64,000 bases of DNA from Octopus sinensis (lineage: Eukaryota), in the NCBI RefSeq assembly GCF_006345805.1, contig NC_042998.1, positions 104,904,001-104,968,000 of the forward strand. Direction: 5' to 3'. Positions 39,950 through 53,540 of the stretch are shown piece by piece (positions within the stretch are counted from its first letter, which is position 1; each line of letters begins with the position of its first letter). A model generated the notes under the pieces. It was not told the DNA's origin. It saw only the letters and a program-made list of their open reading frames with translations, and did not search any database. Both the position numbers and the translations under genes were made by a program.

Positions 39950-41210
39950 CTCTCTCTATCTCCCTTTCTTTCACGCTCGTTTATTATTATCTCTTATTCA
40001 TCCATTTATCTAATTTTGTCACAGATTGTCTGACGAAAAACTCTTGGTTATAGCTCTAGAATTATGCCCGATTCTATCTCACTTGGGTCTCTGCTGTTTC
40101 GCGATGCGCCAGACCTCCCACCCAACTATCTGTACCGGACGTCTCTATCCTCTGACTTCTGTCAGATGTCTCCGACGAACACTTCTAAAGGCTTAATGCC
40201 CCGCCATCCCTACTTAGGGTTTATCTCCTACGTAAGGTAGTGATTATGTAGCACATAAAAATGATGGTGTGGTGTATGCAGGTTGAAAACTATTGTACGT
40301 ACATGAGTTTTACCAAATGCGAGCTTTCTTTTCAGGTACATGATGCTGCTGTCCCCCATTCCAGGGTCTCACAGCCTCACTCCTTCCACACCCTCAGGGT
40401 TTGCACATTCAATGTGGGCTCACTGAAAGGTAGGTCTGGTGTGAGCTTGTTGAGATGCTTGAACAAAGACGTGTAGATTTGTGTTGCATCCAAGAAGTAA
40501 GGCAGAGAGGAGGTTCTGCTAGGTTCCTCACAAGCAAAGAGCATAGGTATAAGATTTTCTGGGCAGGGAACACTGACGGGGTTGGGGACGTGGGTATACT
40601 TCTTGCGGAGAAATGGACTGACAAAGTAATCGAGGTAGTCTGAGTCTGTGATAGAATACTTAACACTAGATTAGTGCTGCATCATGGGTTAGCAACCATT
40701 ATCTTGGCCTACGCTCCTCAGCCGGAGCTACCTGATAGGCTGAAAGACCGACTTGATGACACCCTCTTGCAGACTACCTCGTCGATTAATGACAGGGACC
40801 TTCTCTTTGTGGCTGGTGACTTCAATGGGCATATTGGACGACATGCAGGTGGCTTCCATGGCGTACATGGAGGCTATGGTTTTGGTTCCCGCAATGAGAA
40901 GAGAACCAGGCTGCTGGAGTTCTGTGATGCAAATGATCTTATGGTTTGTAACACTAATTTCAGGAAACCTGCCAGTCACTTATTCACCTACCGATCTGGT
41001 AGACACACTAGTCAAATTGACTACATCCTCGCCAAGAAACAGGAAAGATGGCTACATATAAATGTCAAGATCTTCCCAGGTGAAGGATGCACCCCACAAC
41101 ATAGATTAGTAGTTAGCGACTTCAGGATCAGGACTAAATGGATGACCAGCATGGAGGAGAAGGATCTGGAAGCTTAAGGATCCTGCGAATGGACAGAGAT
41201 TTAGAGACGT
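39950..41210 (+). mobile_element. RTE LINE 5' portion: CpG-rich leader and AP endonuclease domain (disrupted)
   Basis: LRVCTFNVGSLKGRS...DLCCIQEVR, LFVAGDFNGHIG, SQIDYIL, QHRLVVSDF (APE motifs); frameshifts. Confidence 0.88.
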
Positions 41211-41318
41211 GATCGACCAAGCTATCAGATGTTGCTACACATCGCTGGTCACAATGCACTTCGCATTGTTTTAACCTTCAAATGACGCCACCCCGCTGGC
41301 TAAGCGAGCAGGCCAATG

Positions 41319-41417
<99 letters not shown>

Positions 41418-41427
41418 CGTGCACACG

Positions 41428-43348
41428 TGATCAATAAGTATCCAGACTGTTGACATAGTAGTGAAACTATGAAACTAAAGCACACAGAGTGTCACCTCTT
41501 GGCACAGATTGACCTTGAACTCTGCTGTGCATGTGCATTAAGTTTTAACATTCTACCTCACGTCTGCTGTTTATACCAGGCCATCCCATAAGTTCTGTCC
41601 GAATTTTGAATAAAGAAAACAAGTGATCAAATGTTATATTTAATTAAAATTTAATCAATGTATTTTCCCTGATTATCAATGACTTCCTTCCATCTATTTA
41701 CTAGCTTTTTAATCCCATCAATGTAAAACCCTTTTGGTTTCAAAGTGAAGAACTCTGAAATGTCAGTTTCGACCTCCTCCTGGCTTGCGAAAGTTATGTC
41801 CCCCAAATGATTGTGTAAACTATGAAACAAATGATAGTCTGAAGGAGCAAGGTCAGGAGAATAAGGTGGATGAGGAATTTTTTCCCAACCAAGCTCTTCG
41901 ATCTTCTGTGATCCAATCTTTGCAGTTTGGGGTCACGCATTGTCCTGATGAAACATCACTCCTTTTCGATTCACTAAAGCGGGTCTTTTTTTCTTTAAAG
42001 TTTGGTTCAAATGCTCTAATTGCCGACAATAGACTTGAGTATTGATTGTTGCATTAGGTGCTAACAATTCAAAGTGAATTACTCCTGTGCAATCCTACCA
42101 GATAGAGAGAAGAACCTTTTTGCCATGAAGTTCCCTTCTCAGTTGTGGTTGAGCTTTTTCCCTTTTACCAAGCCACTGTTAACAACATTTAACATTTCAA
42201 TAGATCTATTTTTTGTCACCAGTCACAAGTCTATCCAAAAAGGGTGAAATGAGTTTGTGAGAATGGAGAGAAGAGCAGATGTCAACTTGGGATTTTCAGT
42301 TGCTTTTGGACAATTCATGAGGCACCTATTTTCGAAGTTTAGGAACCTTTCCAGGTTGTTGAAGATGACGATGAACAGTTGTATGATTTGAACTAAGCTT
42401 TATTGCCAATTCTTCAATTGATAATGCAGGATTTTCTTCAAGTAATGCCTCAAAAAGCTTATTATCAAACTCAACTGGATGCCCTGTTCGATCTTCATCT
42501 TCAAGGCTGAAATCTCCACTTCTGAATTTTGCAAACTATCTTCTGTAAGTTCTTTCATTCAAGCATTCTTTCCCATAAACTGAGTGTATGTTTCGAGTTG
42601 CTTCAGCTGCAGAGTTTCCTTATTTGTACTCATAAATCATTATGTGCCTCAAATCCTCTTTGGATACTTCCATGTTAGAAAAGGTTTTAATCAAAGAATT
42701 TAAATTCTATTATTCTGTAAAATAATATTTAATTAGTTTTCTGCAAAGTTGCAGAAAGCGTACGGACAGGAGTGTATGAGCCACACACAAGTGTACAAGT
42801 GGTTCAGACATTTTCTGGGAGACCCCCAACCAGTAGAACTGAGAAAAACATCTCAGCTGTGAGAGGAAAATCGTCGAATTACCATCCATGAGTTACCAGA
42901 GGATGTGCAGATTAGTTACAGTTCAGTTCAGTCCATTGTCACTGAAGATTTGGGTATGAGACGCGTGTCTGTCAAGTTTGTGTCACAACTGCTTTCAACT
43001 GACCAAAATGACACTCGGGTTTCAGTTGCCCAAGATTTCCTTGATTTGTGTCAAGAACGATGAAAACCTTTTGAAAACTCTGCATAGGCCTCTGAGCAGG
43101 TATCACCAAGCTTTTGGCAAAATTTGATGCAGATTCTCTGCTCATCTTTCCCTGTCAATGTAACAATTACATACTACACACCTTCCTTCCATGCACTGCT
43201 GTAAACAGCAGAAGTGAGCTAGAACGTTAAAATGTAGTTCACAGGCACAACAGAGTTCAAGGTCAGTAAGTGCCAAGCAGCTCTACTCTGCATGCTTTAG
43301 CTTCATTACTATAGCAACAGTCCGGATACTTATTGATCAGGCCATGTA
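41428..43348 (+). mobile_element. Decayed mariner with about 145-bp inverted termini, hosting a second mariner
   Basis: 41428-41574 is an imperfect reverse complement of about 43200-43340; 42750-43040 encodes KAYGQECMSHTQVYKWF...EENRRITI...LGMRRVSVKFVSQLL. Confidence 0.72.
41575..42700 (-). pseudogene. Nested mariner (DD34D) transposase pseudogene
   Basis: Minus strand: KKVLLSIW...RPALVNRK..MFHQDNA..., HPPYSPDLAPSDYHLFHSL..., GIKKLVNRWKEVIDNQGKYID*; TIR-like CCAGGCCATCCCATAAGTTC follows a TA at 41573-41574. Confidence 0.82.
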
Positions 43349-44682
43349 TATATGTATTTATTTGTGTTATATATGTATATATATATAATAAACCTTTACA
43401 TAAATAAATAACGTGAAATACACGAAGGGACGAACAAAAAGACAAACGGGTCATTCAAAGCCTTCCTTTTTCAGTCAGAAACTGATCCCTCATCGCAGAT
43501 TTCGGCTGTTTAATTCTGAGATCCGCTCTGAATCAGCCAGAGACACACACACACACACATTTATATATACACACACACATGCATATGTGTGGTGGGCCGG
43601 TTTCTGTGTGAGAATGTGTATATGTTTGTGTCTCCTTGTGTTGACATTGTGTTATACTTGTAAAATAGTAGCCACTGTCATACAAATATTGTCATTTGTT
43701 TCCAATGTTCTCCATAAACATATTTGGTCATGGAGAAATATTACTTTGTTTGGAAATAGGAAAGGATCTATGAGAAGAGCATCTGCCTGTATGAAATTGG
43801 CCTCAACAAACTTCATTCAACCCATGCCAGCATGGAAAAGTACATGTAAAAATGACGACGATGTGGATGATTGCATACATGAGGAACATCATAGCCTAGT
43901 ATGTCATATGTGTTAGAACTGTCATTTTGTCTTAAGTCAGATGTTGAATAATGTCATAATTTATTACATCATGAAGATACATGAGTCAGTGGTTAGAGTA
44001 TTGGGCTCTAACCAGATTGGGCTTGTGTTCTTGAGCAAGGCACTTTATTTCACATAGCTCCAGTTCACTTAGCTGTAGATATGTTGTGATATCACTGAGG
44101 CCAAGTTGTATCAGCCTTTACCTTTTCCTTGGATAAGATTGGTGGTGTGGAGAAGAGAAGCTGGTATGCCTTGGTGATTTTGGTCTTCCATAAACAACCT
44201 TGTCTAGACTTGTGCCTCGGAGGGTAACTTTCTAAGTGCAATACCATGATCATTCATGGCCAAAGTGGGTCTTTACCCTTTACCCTATTACATCACATGT
44301 ATGAGACCCTTCTCAATCTATTCAGTAATATCAGAATAGTGTTCTACTTTAATAAGTTTTGAGCATCTGACAGTGCTACCACTCTTGGCATGTATGTATG
44401 CTAGGGTATCGGCCTGATGGGAGAGTAGGATGGGATTAATTTAAAAAAGATTTGCTAATTGTGTACAATGTGGTGGGTAGTAAAAATGGAGGTTTTCTCA
44501 ATAGAGGTGATGCTCACAGAACCATCATGATTGGAAAATAGGGGAAGAGAGAATTCTGCATAATTGGTGGAAATTTTTTTGGCATGGCACCAGAAAGACA
44601 AGTTGCAGCATTGTAGGCAGTAAAGCTTATGTATGGGTGAGCAGGTGTGTTTTGTGTGTGTGTGTGCTGTGTGTGTGTGTGT

Positions 44683-44741
<59 letters not shown>

Positions 44742-45018
44742 CAGGGATGTGTGATTAAGAAGTTTACTTTGCAACCATACAGTTTCGAGTTTAGTCTCAC
44801 TGAGCAGCACCTTGAACAAATGTCTGCAACTATAACCCTGGGCCAACAAAACTCTTGTGTACTTTTAATATAAAAGTAAAAATAAAAGGCCTGGCAATGA
44901 CAGTCAGGGCTGATTTAACCCCATGTACAGCAATGTACTGTAGCCCCTACCAACACAGCCACAGGAGTCCTTAGTCTTGTAGGAATCTGGGTGACTGCTT
45001 AGTATACTCATGCCTTAA

Positions 45019-45238
45019 TCCTTTAGCATTCAGATTCCTTTCTTAAAAATAATCCTTATTTATTCACATTGTTTTGAATTAATCATGTGTTATCTTGTAG
45101 CTTCAAGGTTTTCATGAAGTGATTCTTTATTTTTAGAATGACATTGTTGGGTAGGTGTGAGAGGCCGGATCTAGTCATTTTGGATATAAAACAGGTAGAA
45201 TATTTGGGCTGGATATGACACATTTGAATACTAAAGTG
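45019..45238. mobile_element. piggyBac-like MITE
   Basis: Flanked by TTAA at 45015-45018 and 45239-45242; imperfect TIRs TCCTTTAGCATTC / GAATACTAAAGTG. Confidence 0.5.
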
Positions 45239-45289
45239 TTAAGATAGCACTGGTGACAGTAGAAATTGAAATAATCTATAAAAGGCAGG

Positions 45290-45330
<41 letters not shown>

Positions 45331-47219
45331 TGAATGTACTTTATGCACGTTCACAAATTAGCACACATGTCACTCCAATTTTAGGAGGACATGGGTCACG
45401 ACCATTGCTGTGCTTTTGTCAACTTATTTTCCCGAGGCACCCTCGGATAGTGGTAAAAGTAGCTTTTCAACCATAACTTTTACCACTTTTCACAACGGTG
45501 AAATCCATAAGTTTGCTAACATGAGTTAAGTCCCCTGTCTTATAGATTAATTCACCCTACTACAATGTCTCCAAAAAAAATTAGATTTGGACTATCTAAG
45601 CAATCTCAGCATAGGAAAAGAGAAAGAGCTGAAGAAACTGACCATCAGCAGACCCATTAGTAAAATATTATAACTTTTTGGGCTGATATTCCGCTACAAA
45701 AGATTCAATAACATCGAAGCAGTAACTTTCATAAATCAGGGTATAACTTTTGAAGACTTTTTCTGAACCCAGTCAACGACAGGTATTTCTGCTAGTTCAT
45801 ATTAAGATGTCCTCCAGTAGCTAGAAGACTGTATTACCTTATTACTGGTGGGCTAGAATGCTGGAAAAATATCATCATCATCATCATTATTTAACAACTG
45901 TTTTCCATGCTAGCATGGGTTAGATGGTTTGACTGGGGTCTGGGAAGCCAGGAGGCTGCACCAGGCTCCAGTCTGATCTGGCAGTGTTTCTACAGCTGGA
46001 TGCCCTTCCTAACGTCAACCACTCTGTGAGAGTAGTGGGTGCTTTTAACGTGCCACCTGCACAGGTATCACAACTACAATTTCCATTTGATATTTAGTTT
46101 GTGGGAATTTGTTTCAGCTCTTTACATTCTGAGTTCATGTTGTGCCAAGGCCAATTTCACCCTTTATCCCTTTGTGGAGTCAATGAAATAAGTAACAGTC
46201 AAGTACTGGTATCAGTATAATCAACTACATCCTTCTCCCTAAGATTGCTGGTTTTGTGTTAAAATCTGAAACACTGTTAATGTGGTAGGCAGACATTTCA
46301 TCTGTCTCTTTACATTTTGTGTTCAAATCTCATCAACGTCAACTTTACCTTCCATCCTTTTGAGGTTGGTAAAATAACATAGCAGTGAAGTGTCCCTAAA
46401 AACGCTGACCTTCTGTTAAAGTTTGAAACAATTATTATCATTATTGTTGTTGTTACCATTGTCATCATCCTTGTTCTTGATGCTATTTGAACCTGAGACA
46501 AACTAGAACTATAATTAAATACATTTCAGCCATAGCCATCTTTTATTTTATTTAGATAAAGTATATATCAGACTATGTTATTAGAATTGCTCTACCTTCC
46601 TTTTTTACCATGGTAAGGTATGATGTTTTAAAGATTTGGTTGATGTTTCTAGCAGGCTTAACAACCACATAGCAGCAACCTGTGATCTGTTTGTCTTTGG
46701 CAATGGATTGTACTGTACTTTCAAAACTGTTCTAAATTTGGCTTCCAGCCAGGAATTCTGGCATTGAGATTTTGGCCTCTAGTAGAAAAAAATTTAATAT
46801 GCACATTACTTTTATATTGCTTTTATATGAAAAGCTTAGCCACATTCTCCAGTACACACACACACACATACGCATGCACGCACACACACACACTCACATA
46901 CACACATACACAGTCACACATACACATACATACAAACAGTTTAACACACACACGGATGTATGTACACTCACACACACACAAGCACAGTTTAACACACACA
47001 CACAAATGCATACACACTCACACACACACATACACACACACATACACTCACACACATACATATAATAGCAAATATATGTATGTAGTGTATATGTGTTAGT
47101 GTGTGTTTACAAAGAGAAAGGGAAAACACAGAGAGTGATAAAGAATATGAATTCAACATCGTTACAAAAATACATAAAATACAAGGAAATTATGAATGTA
47201 TTTATGCGTGTGCGAGTGT

Positions 47220-47256
<37 letters not shown>

Positions 47257-48045
47257 CGTGTGTGTGTGCACATGAGTGTTGAGGGATATATTCCCAAATG
47301 GCCTTAGGCATGTTTGAGTTCTAAAACACACAGACACACATATATAAATGCATGTGTACATTATTCTCCATCTCTATAGACAAATGTGTGTGTGTGTATG
47401 TGCGTGTGTGTGTATGCACATAAACACACACATATGTACTTTCATGTACATATGCTGTATATGTAGATAAATATATATATTCCTGCACAAGGGTTAAAAC
47501 CTACACTCACTAACAACATGCTGTATAAAAACTGAGTGAAACAGGGTTATTTAATGAGATACCCCTTGTAGAATAAACTGATGACACTCTTCAGCACCAA
47601 GGGATGCACCACAACCAGTCGTACAGTATCCTACCCGCGAGGGATCGATGCAAGCTGAGTCAAAACGATCATTGTGACCAACAAAGTTCCTCGTATATTC
47701 AATTTTCTGTCCCTATCATTTGTTATATATATATATATATATACATGCTGATGCCAATACCCACTGACTGGCTCCTGTGCCGGTGGTATGTTAAAAGCAC
47801 TATCTGAACGTGATCGATGCCAGGGCCACCTGACTGGCTCCTTTGCCAGTAGAACGTAAAAAGCATCCACTACACTCTCAGAGTGGTTGGCATTAGGAGG
47901 GCATCAAGCTGTAGAAACATTGCCAGATCAGATTGGAACATGGTGCAGCCGCTGGATTTCCAGACCTCAGTCAAACCGTCTAACCCATGTCAGCATGGAA
48001 AATGGAAGTTAAACTATGATGATGATATACATATACATATATATA

Positions 48046-49279
48046 CATGGTTGTAAAGTATTTGAGGACATACCTTTCGTGGGTCATTGCTGCATTTTTG
48101 CTAACTCTGTATCTTTGTTTCAGAAAATAATAATGGCAGACCCTCAGCTTACTCAAGAAATGAAGAAGTATGTTGTTATTGTAGTTGTAAAGGCTGAGCA
48201 TAGCGATTTAGAAATATCTCGATTTTTAAAAGTTACCAGATATTTCGTCTACAAAGTTTGTAAGGAGCTAGAGACTGAAGATGGAAACGTACTACCAGTA
48301 TCATAGTATTCTAAATGCTCTGAAATACTCAGAGTACCTGAATTTATCCAACAAGTTCAACAGTTTATTGATCACAATACCAGAAAGTCCATGAGGTCAA
48401 CTGCAAAAGATCTCCATGTGTCAGAAGGAATGGTCAGAGATGTTGTCCCTGATAACATTAGATATAAGTCTTATATGATGAGGAAAGGTCAGTTTGTCAG
48501 AAAAAGCAAAAGAAAATCACTACATCAGATAAAATCCAGCAGAAAATTTGATTTGGTTTTTCTCAAACGCGAAAAACTTTGACCAAGATCAAAAAGTTAA
48601 TAGAAGAAATGACAGATGGTTATGTGCAGACCCTTCTGAAGTTCCAAGTGTTATACATAAAAAATTTCCTGAAATTGTCATTGTTTTAGAGGTTGTCAGC
48701 AATGAAGGACATGTGATGCCTCCTTACTTCTTTCCACAAGGCCTTTGGGTTAACTCTGCCACCTACATTGAGATCCTGGAAATAATTGTTAAGCCCTGGA
48801 TAGACAGTGTATGCAATGGAAGGCCATATTTGTTTCAGTAAAACTCTGCACTATCACACATGGCTCTAGTTACAAAGAAATGGATGGCTGAAAATTTTCA
48901 ATATCATGTAACCCCTAACATTTGACCTCCTAATTCCCCAGATCTCAATCCATTAGACTATTACATGTGGACAGTGGTTGAGAGAGAGGTCAATGAACAT
49001 GCCCGTAACACCAAAGATTCTTTAGAAACTGCCATAGTCAGAGTAATGTCCAAAATGAACGAGGACCACTTGATTCGAGGATGTAGATGATTTAGATCTC
49101 ATACAGAAGCAGTTGTTGAAGCTGAAGGTGGCTTTATTGAATAACATTGAATAACATTGAATAACACTGAAAAGAAGGTTTGTTTTTATCCTCATAGCAT
49201 GTTTTGATAAATAAAGTTATTATCTGTTATATATCTGTTTTTGATAAACATAAATCTGTTCTCAAATATCTTATGCACC

Positions 49280-49282
<3 letters not shown>
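48046..49282 (+). mobile_element. Near full-length, decayed maT-family (DD37D) Tc1/mariner transposon
   Basis: TA-flanked imperfect TIRs (CATGGTTGTAAAGTATTTGAGGACA / TGTTCTCAAATATCTTATGCACCCT); degenerate WFFS(DE)KNF, FQ*NSALSH and PPNSPDLNPLDY motifs with 37 residues between the second and third catalytic positions; several stops. Confidence 0.85.
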
Positions 49283-49309
<27 letters not shown>

Positions 49310-49313
<4 letters not shown>

Positions 49314-49880
49314 TTATCAACAGCATCACCATTCCTTAATGTCCATTTTCCATGCTGACATGGGGTGAGTGGCTTGACCAGAGCTGGCAAGCTGGAGAGC
49401 TGCATCAGGTTCCAGTCTTATTTAGCCAGGTTTCTATAGTTGTGTGCCCTTCCTAATACCAACCATTTTACAGAGTGTGCTGGGTCCCTTCTATGTGGGA
49501 CCTCCACGGGTGCTTTTATGTGGCACTGGCATGGATGCTATTACATACCCCAGCATACCTTCTTTTTATGTAGTACTGGCAGGAAGCAATCCTCTTCAGC
49601 AGGGGAAGTGGCATTAACACTTCTGTTGTGGTGGACAGGTCTTCTTGTGTATACCATGACACCAGACATCTTGGTCCTTTGTTATCTTCTCTGTTAGGAT
49701 TCAATGTCCTGAGATCATCTTTTAGTACTATATCTCATGTGTTCCTGGGTCACCCTCTTCCATGAATTCCATCCACTTTAAGTGACTGGCTCTTCTTTAT
49801 GCAACTGTGTAGATTCACCTGCATCCATGGCCAAATCAGCTCAATCTCTCCTGAACTCTGCATCAAATTCTCATGCTTAA
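49310..49880 (-). mobile_element. Old RTE LINE 3' fragment
   Basis: Minus strand LREKLSM...VQER..FGH... followed by the family 3' UTR and (GAT)n-like tail. Confidence 0.65.
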
Positions 49881-49927
49881 CTTTTCTCTCAGCACACATT
49901 TATGTATGTATGTATGTATGTATGTAT

Positions 49928-49988
<61 letters not shown>

Positions 49989-50767
49989 TGTATATAAGTG
50001 TGAGTGTGTGTATATGTTTGTGTCCTCCTGCTTTGACATCAGGGTTAATTGTAAACAGACATCCCTATGGCACTAAAAGTGTGTCATTCATATGAAATCT
50101 TTCAAGAAATCATGCCTTGCCAATCTACTGTTGGTGTTGGAAAGACTTGGAGAAACATTACTTAGCTTGAAAACAAGTGAGATTAAGAGATAGGTTGAAC
50201 ATTCTTCTGGAGAAATTCTGCTTCATGAATCTCATCTGACCTATAAAAGATTGGAGATGTTGATGTTTACACAATGATGTGGATGATAACGATCTACATA
50301 AAAGGTAAATGTGTGTGAATATATCAACATCAACATCATCATCATCATCATCATCATCATTTAACATCCGTTGTCCATGCTGGCATGGGTTGGTTGATTC
50401 GACCAGGGCTGTTAAGCTGAAGGGCTGCAACAGACTCCAGTCTGATTTGGCATGGTTTCTACAGTTGGATGCCCTTTCTAACACCAACCCCTTTACATAG
50501 TATAATGGCTGCTTTTACGTGCCACTGATATGGGTGCCATTTACATGGCACCAATATCTGCCATGACAGGAGGGATTTGAATGAGTTAACAGAACCTATA
50601 TAACTGGACATTTCCCAGACTGTTTTTCTTCTGAGGATGGGCCTTTGTGCCTGAAATATATAGGTTTTGTGTGAAATTTGCCCCATTGTCAGAATCTTTT
50701 CTATTTTCCCTTCTTCAATATTACAATGCCTCAAGCAAGCTGCAACACTCTTGCATAGATATATATA

Positions 50768-50800
<33 letters not shown>

Positions 50801-50808
50801 GATAGATA

Positions 50809-50845
<37 letters not shown>

Positions 50846-50951
50846 ATATATAATATATATATATACATATATATATACACAAATATATATATGTATATAT
50901 GCATATATATATATATTATATATATATATATTATATATATTATATATATAT

Positions 50952-51044
<93 letters not shown>

Positions 51045-51904
51045 TATATGTTTATATATATTAATGCTTGTTTTTTATATTTAATCATAATAAAAGCAAT
51101 TTTACTGTAATCTGTTGGGTTACTCTATACTTTTGTAGAGTACAAATTTATTATTGTTATACAAAAGTGTTGTTGACTGTGACTTTGAAGTTTCAGCTAG
51201 CTAAGGCATTGTTATTTCGCATGCTTTCAATGACTGTGACATCGAAATCACGCGTAAACGCTCCCTTCCCCAGAAAAGGAAAAATTTAGCTGCTATTTCT
51301 TGCACGCCCTGCTACCACGTAAAAGATATTTCAGGTCCTTTATTGCAAATAACTGTTACGTGGTAGCAGGGTGTGCTAGAAATAGCAGCCAAATCGTTGG
51401 AGATGAGATACATTGAATGCATTCGAAAGAAACCTATGGAAAAACACTATTTCACACTGAGCTTACAAATGGGTCTTTTACATAATATTTACGTCATCAT
51501 CATCATCATTTAACCTCCATTGTCCATACTGGCATGGGTTGGATGGTTTGACTGAGTTGGCATGCTGGAAGGGTGTGCCAGAATCCAACCTGATTTGGCA
51601 TGGTTTTCTATGGCTGGCTGCCCTTCCTAACACCAACCACTCCATTTGCATGACACCGGTATCTACCATGACTGCAATTTTGCTCAGCTTGATGGGTCTT
51701 CTTCTCAAACGTGACATAATGTCAAAGGCCTTGGTCATTGCCTCTGTGAGGCCCAACACTCAAAAGGTGCTCAGCCATTTTGCCTACATTTTGGAATGCT
51801 TTTGAAGTTGTTCCACACTTCCTATACAATAGGTGAAATATTTATAGGTTTTTCTCCTCAGCTTTGAGATTTCAAATAAGTGATTATTTTTACAGTAACA
51901 TAGG

Positions 51905-53504
51905 AAATTGACGAATGGTTAATAAGGGCTGTACAGGCCCTATACAGAGAGGCCGTTAGAAAGGTTAGGATTGGCAATGAGTATAGTGAAGAATTCTGGG
52001 TAGAAATAGGGGTTCACCAAGGTTCAGCCCTCAGTACCCTTTTATTCATCATAGTCCTCCAGGCAATAACATTAATTCAAGACGGGTTGCCCATAGGGGC
52101 TCCTCTATGCTGATGACCTGACCCTCATAGCAGAATCACTATCGGAACTGGAAAAGAAATTTTGGATGTGGAGCAAGATTTAGAATCAAAAGGCCTTAGA
52201 GTCAATGTAGCAAAGATCAAAGTTCTAGTAAGTAGGAAGGCGAACTCATCACACATCCCCTCAGGTAGGTGGCGCTACTCGATCTGTAGAAAATGTGCAG
52301 GTAGAAATGCCATAAGATGTACCCAGTGTAAGCTATGGACACATAAGAGGTGCAGCAACATCAAAAGAAGATTAACGAAGAAGATAGCTTTCATGTGCAG
52401 CAGATGCACAGGGGCAATAGACACCAAAGATACTGAGAAAACAGATTCCATCACACTCCAGGGGAAGAAACTAGAAGTAGTGGATAGCTTCCGCTACCTA
52501 GGAGACCAAGTTAGTAGTGGGGGTGGATGCTCAGAGAGTGTTACCACTAGAATAAGCCTCTACTCCTACTGGTAACAAAGGGTCTCTTGCTCAGAGTGAA
52601 AGGTAGATTGTACAATGCATGTGTGTGAACTACCATGCTTCACGGCAGTGAAACACGGGCTATGACTGCAGAGGACATGCGTAGGCTTGAAAGAAATGAA
52701 GCTAGCATGATCCGCTGGATGTGTAATGTCAGTGTGCACACACAACAGAGTGTAAGCACCCTGAGAGAAATGTTGAACATAAGAAGCATCAGATGTGGCG
52801 TTCAAGAGAGGCGTTTGTGCTAGTATGGTCATGTACTACGGTTGGATGAGGAGAGATGTGTGAAGAAGTGTCACTCCCAAACAGTGGAAGGAATCCGGGG
52901 AAGACATGGGATAAGGTGGTCAAGTATGACCCTCAAACGTTAGGCCTCATAGAGGCAATGACAAAAGACTGAGACCTCTGGAGATATGCTGTGACTGTGA
53001 AGACCTGACAAATAAAGTGAGTCCACGGTGAATCCCACACCAGTTTCACATAACCAGCCTCAGCCCATTCAAAGCACCTTGGATTGTAGGGTGACCAGCT
53101 GTGCTTGAGGAGAGCCACTGAGTCAAGTACATCAACATCAACAGCAAAATAAAAAATCAAATGGAAATTGTAGTTGTGATACCTGTGCTGGTGTCACATA
53201 AAAAGCACCATCTGAATGTGGCTGATGTCAGCGCTGCCTTGATTGGCTTCCGTGCTGGTGGCATGTAAAAAGCACCAACCAATTGTGGCCGTTGCCAGCC
53301 GCCTCTGGCCCCTGTGCCAGTGGCACATAAAATGCACTCACTACACTCACAGAGTGGTTGGCATTAGGAAGGGCATCCAGCTATAGAAACACTGTCAGAT
53401 CAGACTGGAGCCTGGTGCAGCCTCCTGGCTTCCCAGACCCTGGTCAAACCATCCAACCCATGCTAACATGGAAAACGGACATTAAACGATGATGATGATG
53501 ATGA

Positions 53505-53510
<6 letters not shown>
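51905..53510 (+). mobile_element. RTE LINE, 5'-truncated (RT domain, 3' UTR, (GAT)n tail), CpG-decayed
   Basis: EWLIRAVQALY...GVHQGSALS.LLFIIVL...LLYADDL, LHGSET; frameshifts; same family as 23078-24578. Confidence 0.9.

Positions 53511-53540
<30 letters not shown>

Noticed and set aside
40232-40335. Possible spliceosomal intron in the RTE leader (GTAAGG/GTAGTG ... TTTCTTTTCAG)
   Set aside because: The unspliced frame is already open with in-frame ATGs upstream of the endonuclease; nothing requires splicing, so not supportable without transcripts
44519-44636. Open exon-like segment NHHDWKIGEERILHNWWKFFWHGTRKTSCSIVGSKAYVW followed by GTGAGC, faintly Kelch-like
   Set aside because: No pyrimidine tract at the acceptor, only a few residues match Kelch, and no partner exons found
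45585-45680. LDYLSNLSIGKEKELKKL resembling a hAT C-terminal dimerisation motif
   Set aside because: Too short, frame closes immediately, no TIR or TSD association
50560-50700. Minus-strand peptide DSDNGANFT resembling a retroviral integrase core
   Set aside because: Single short motif, no other integrase residues, no LTRs or gag/pol nearby
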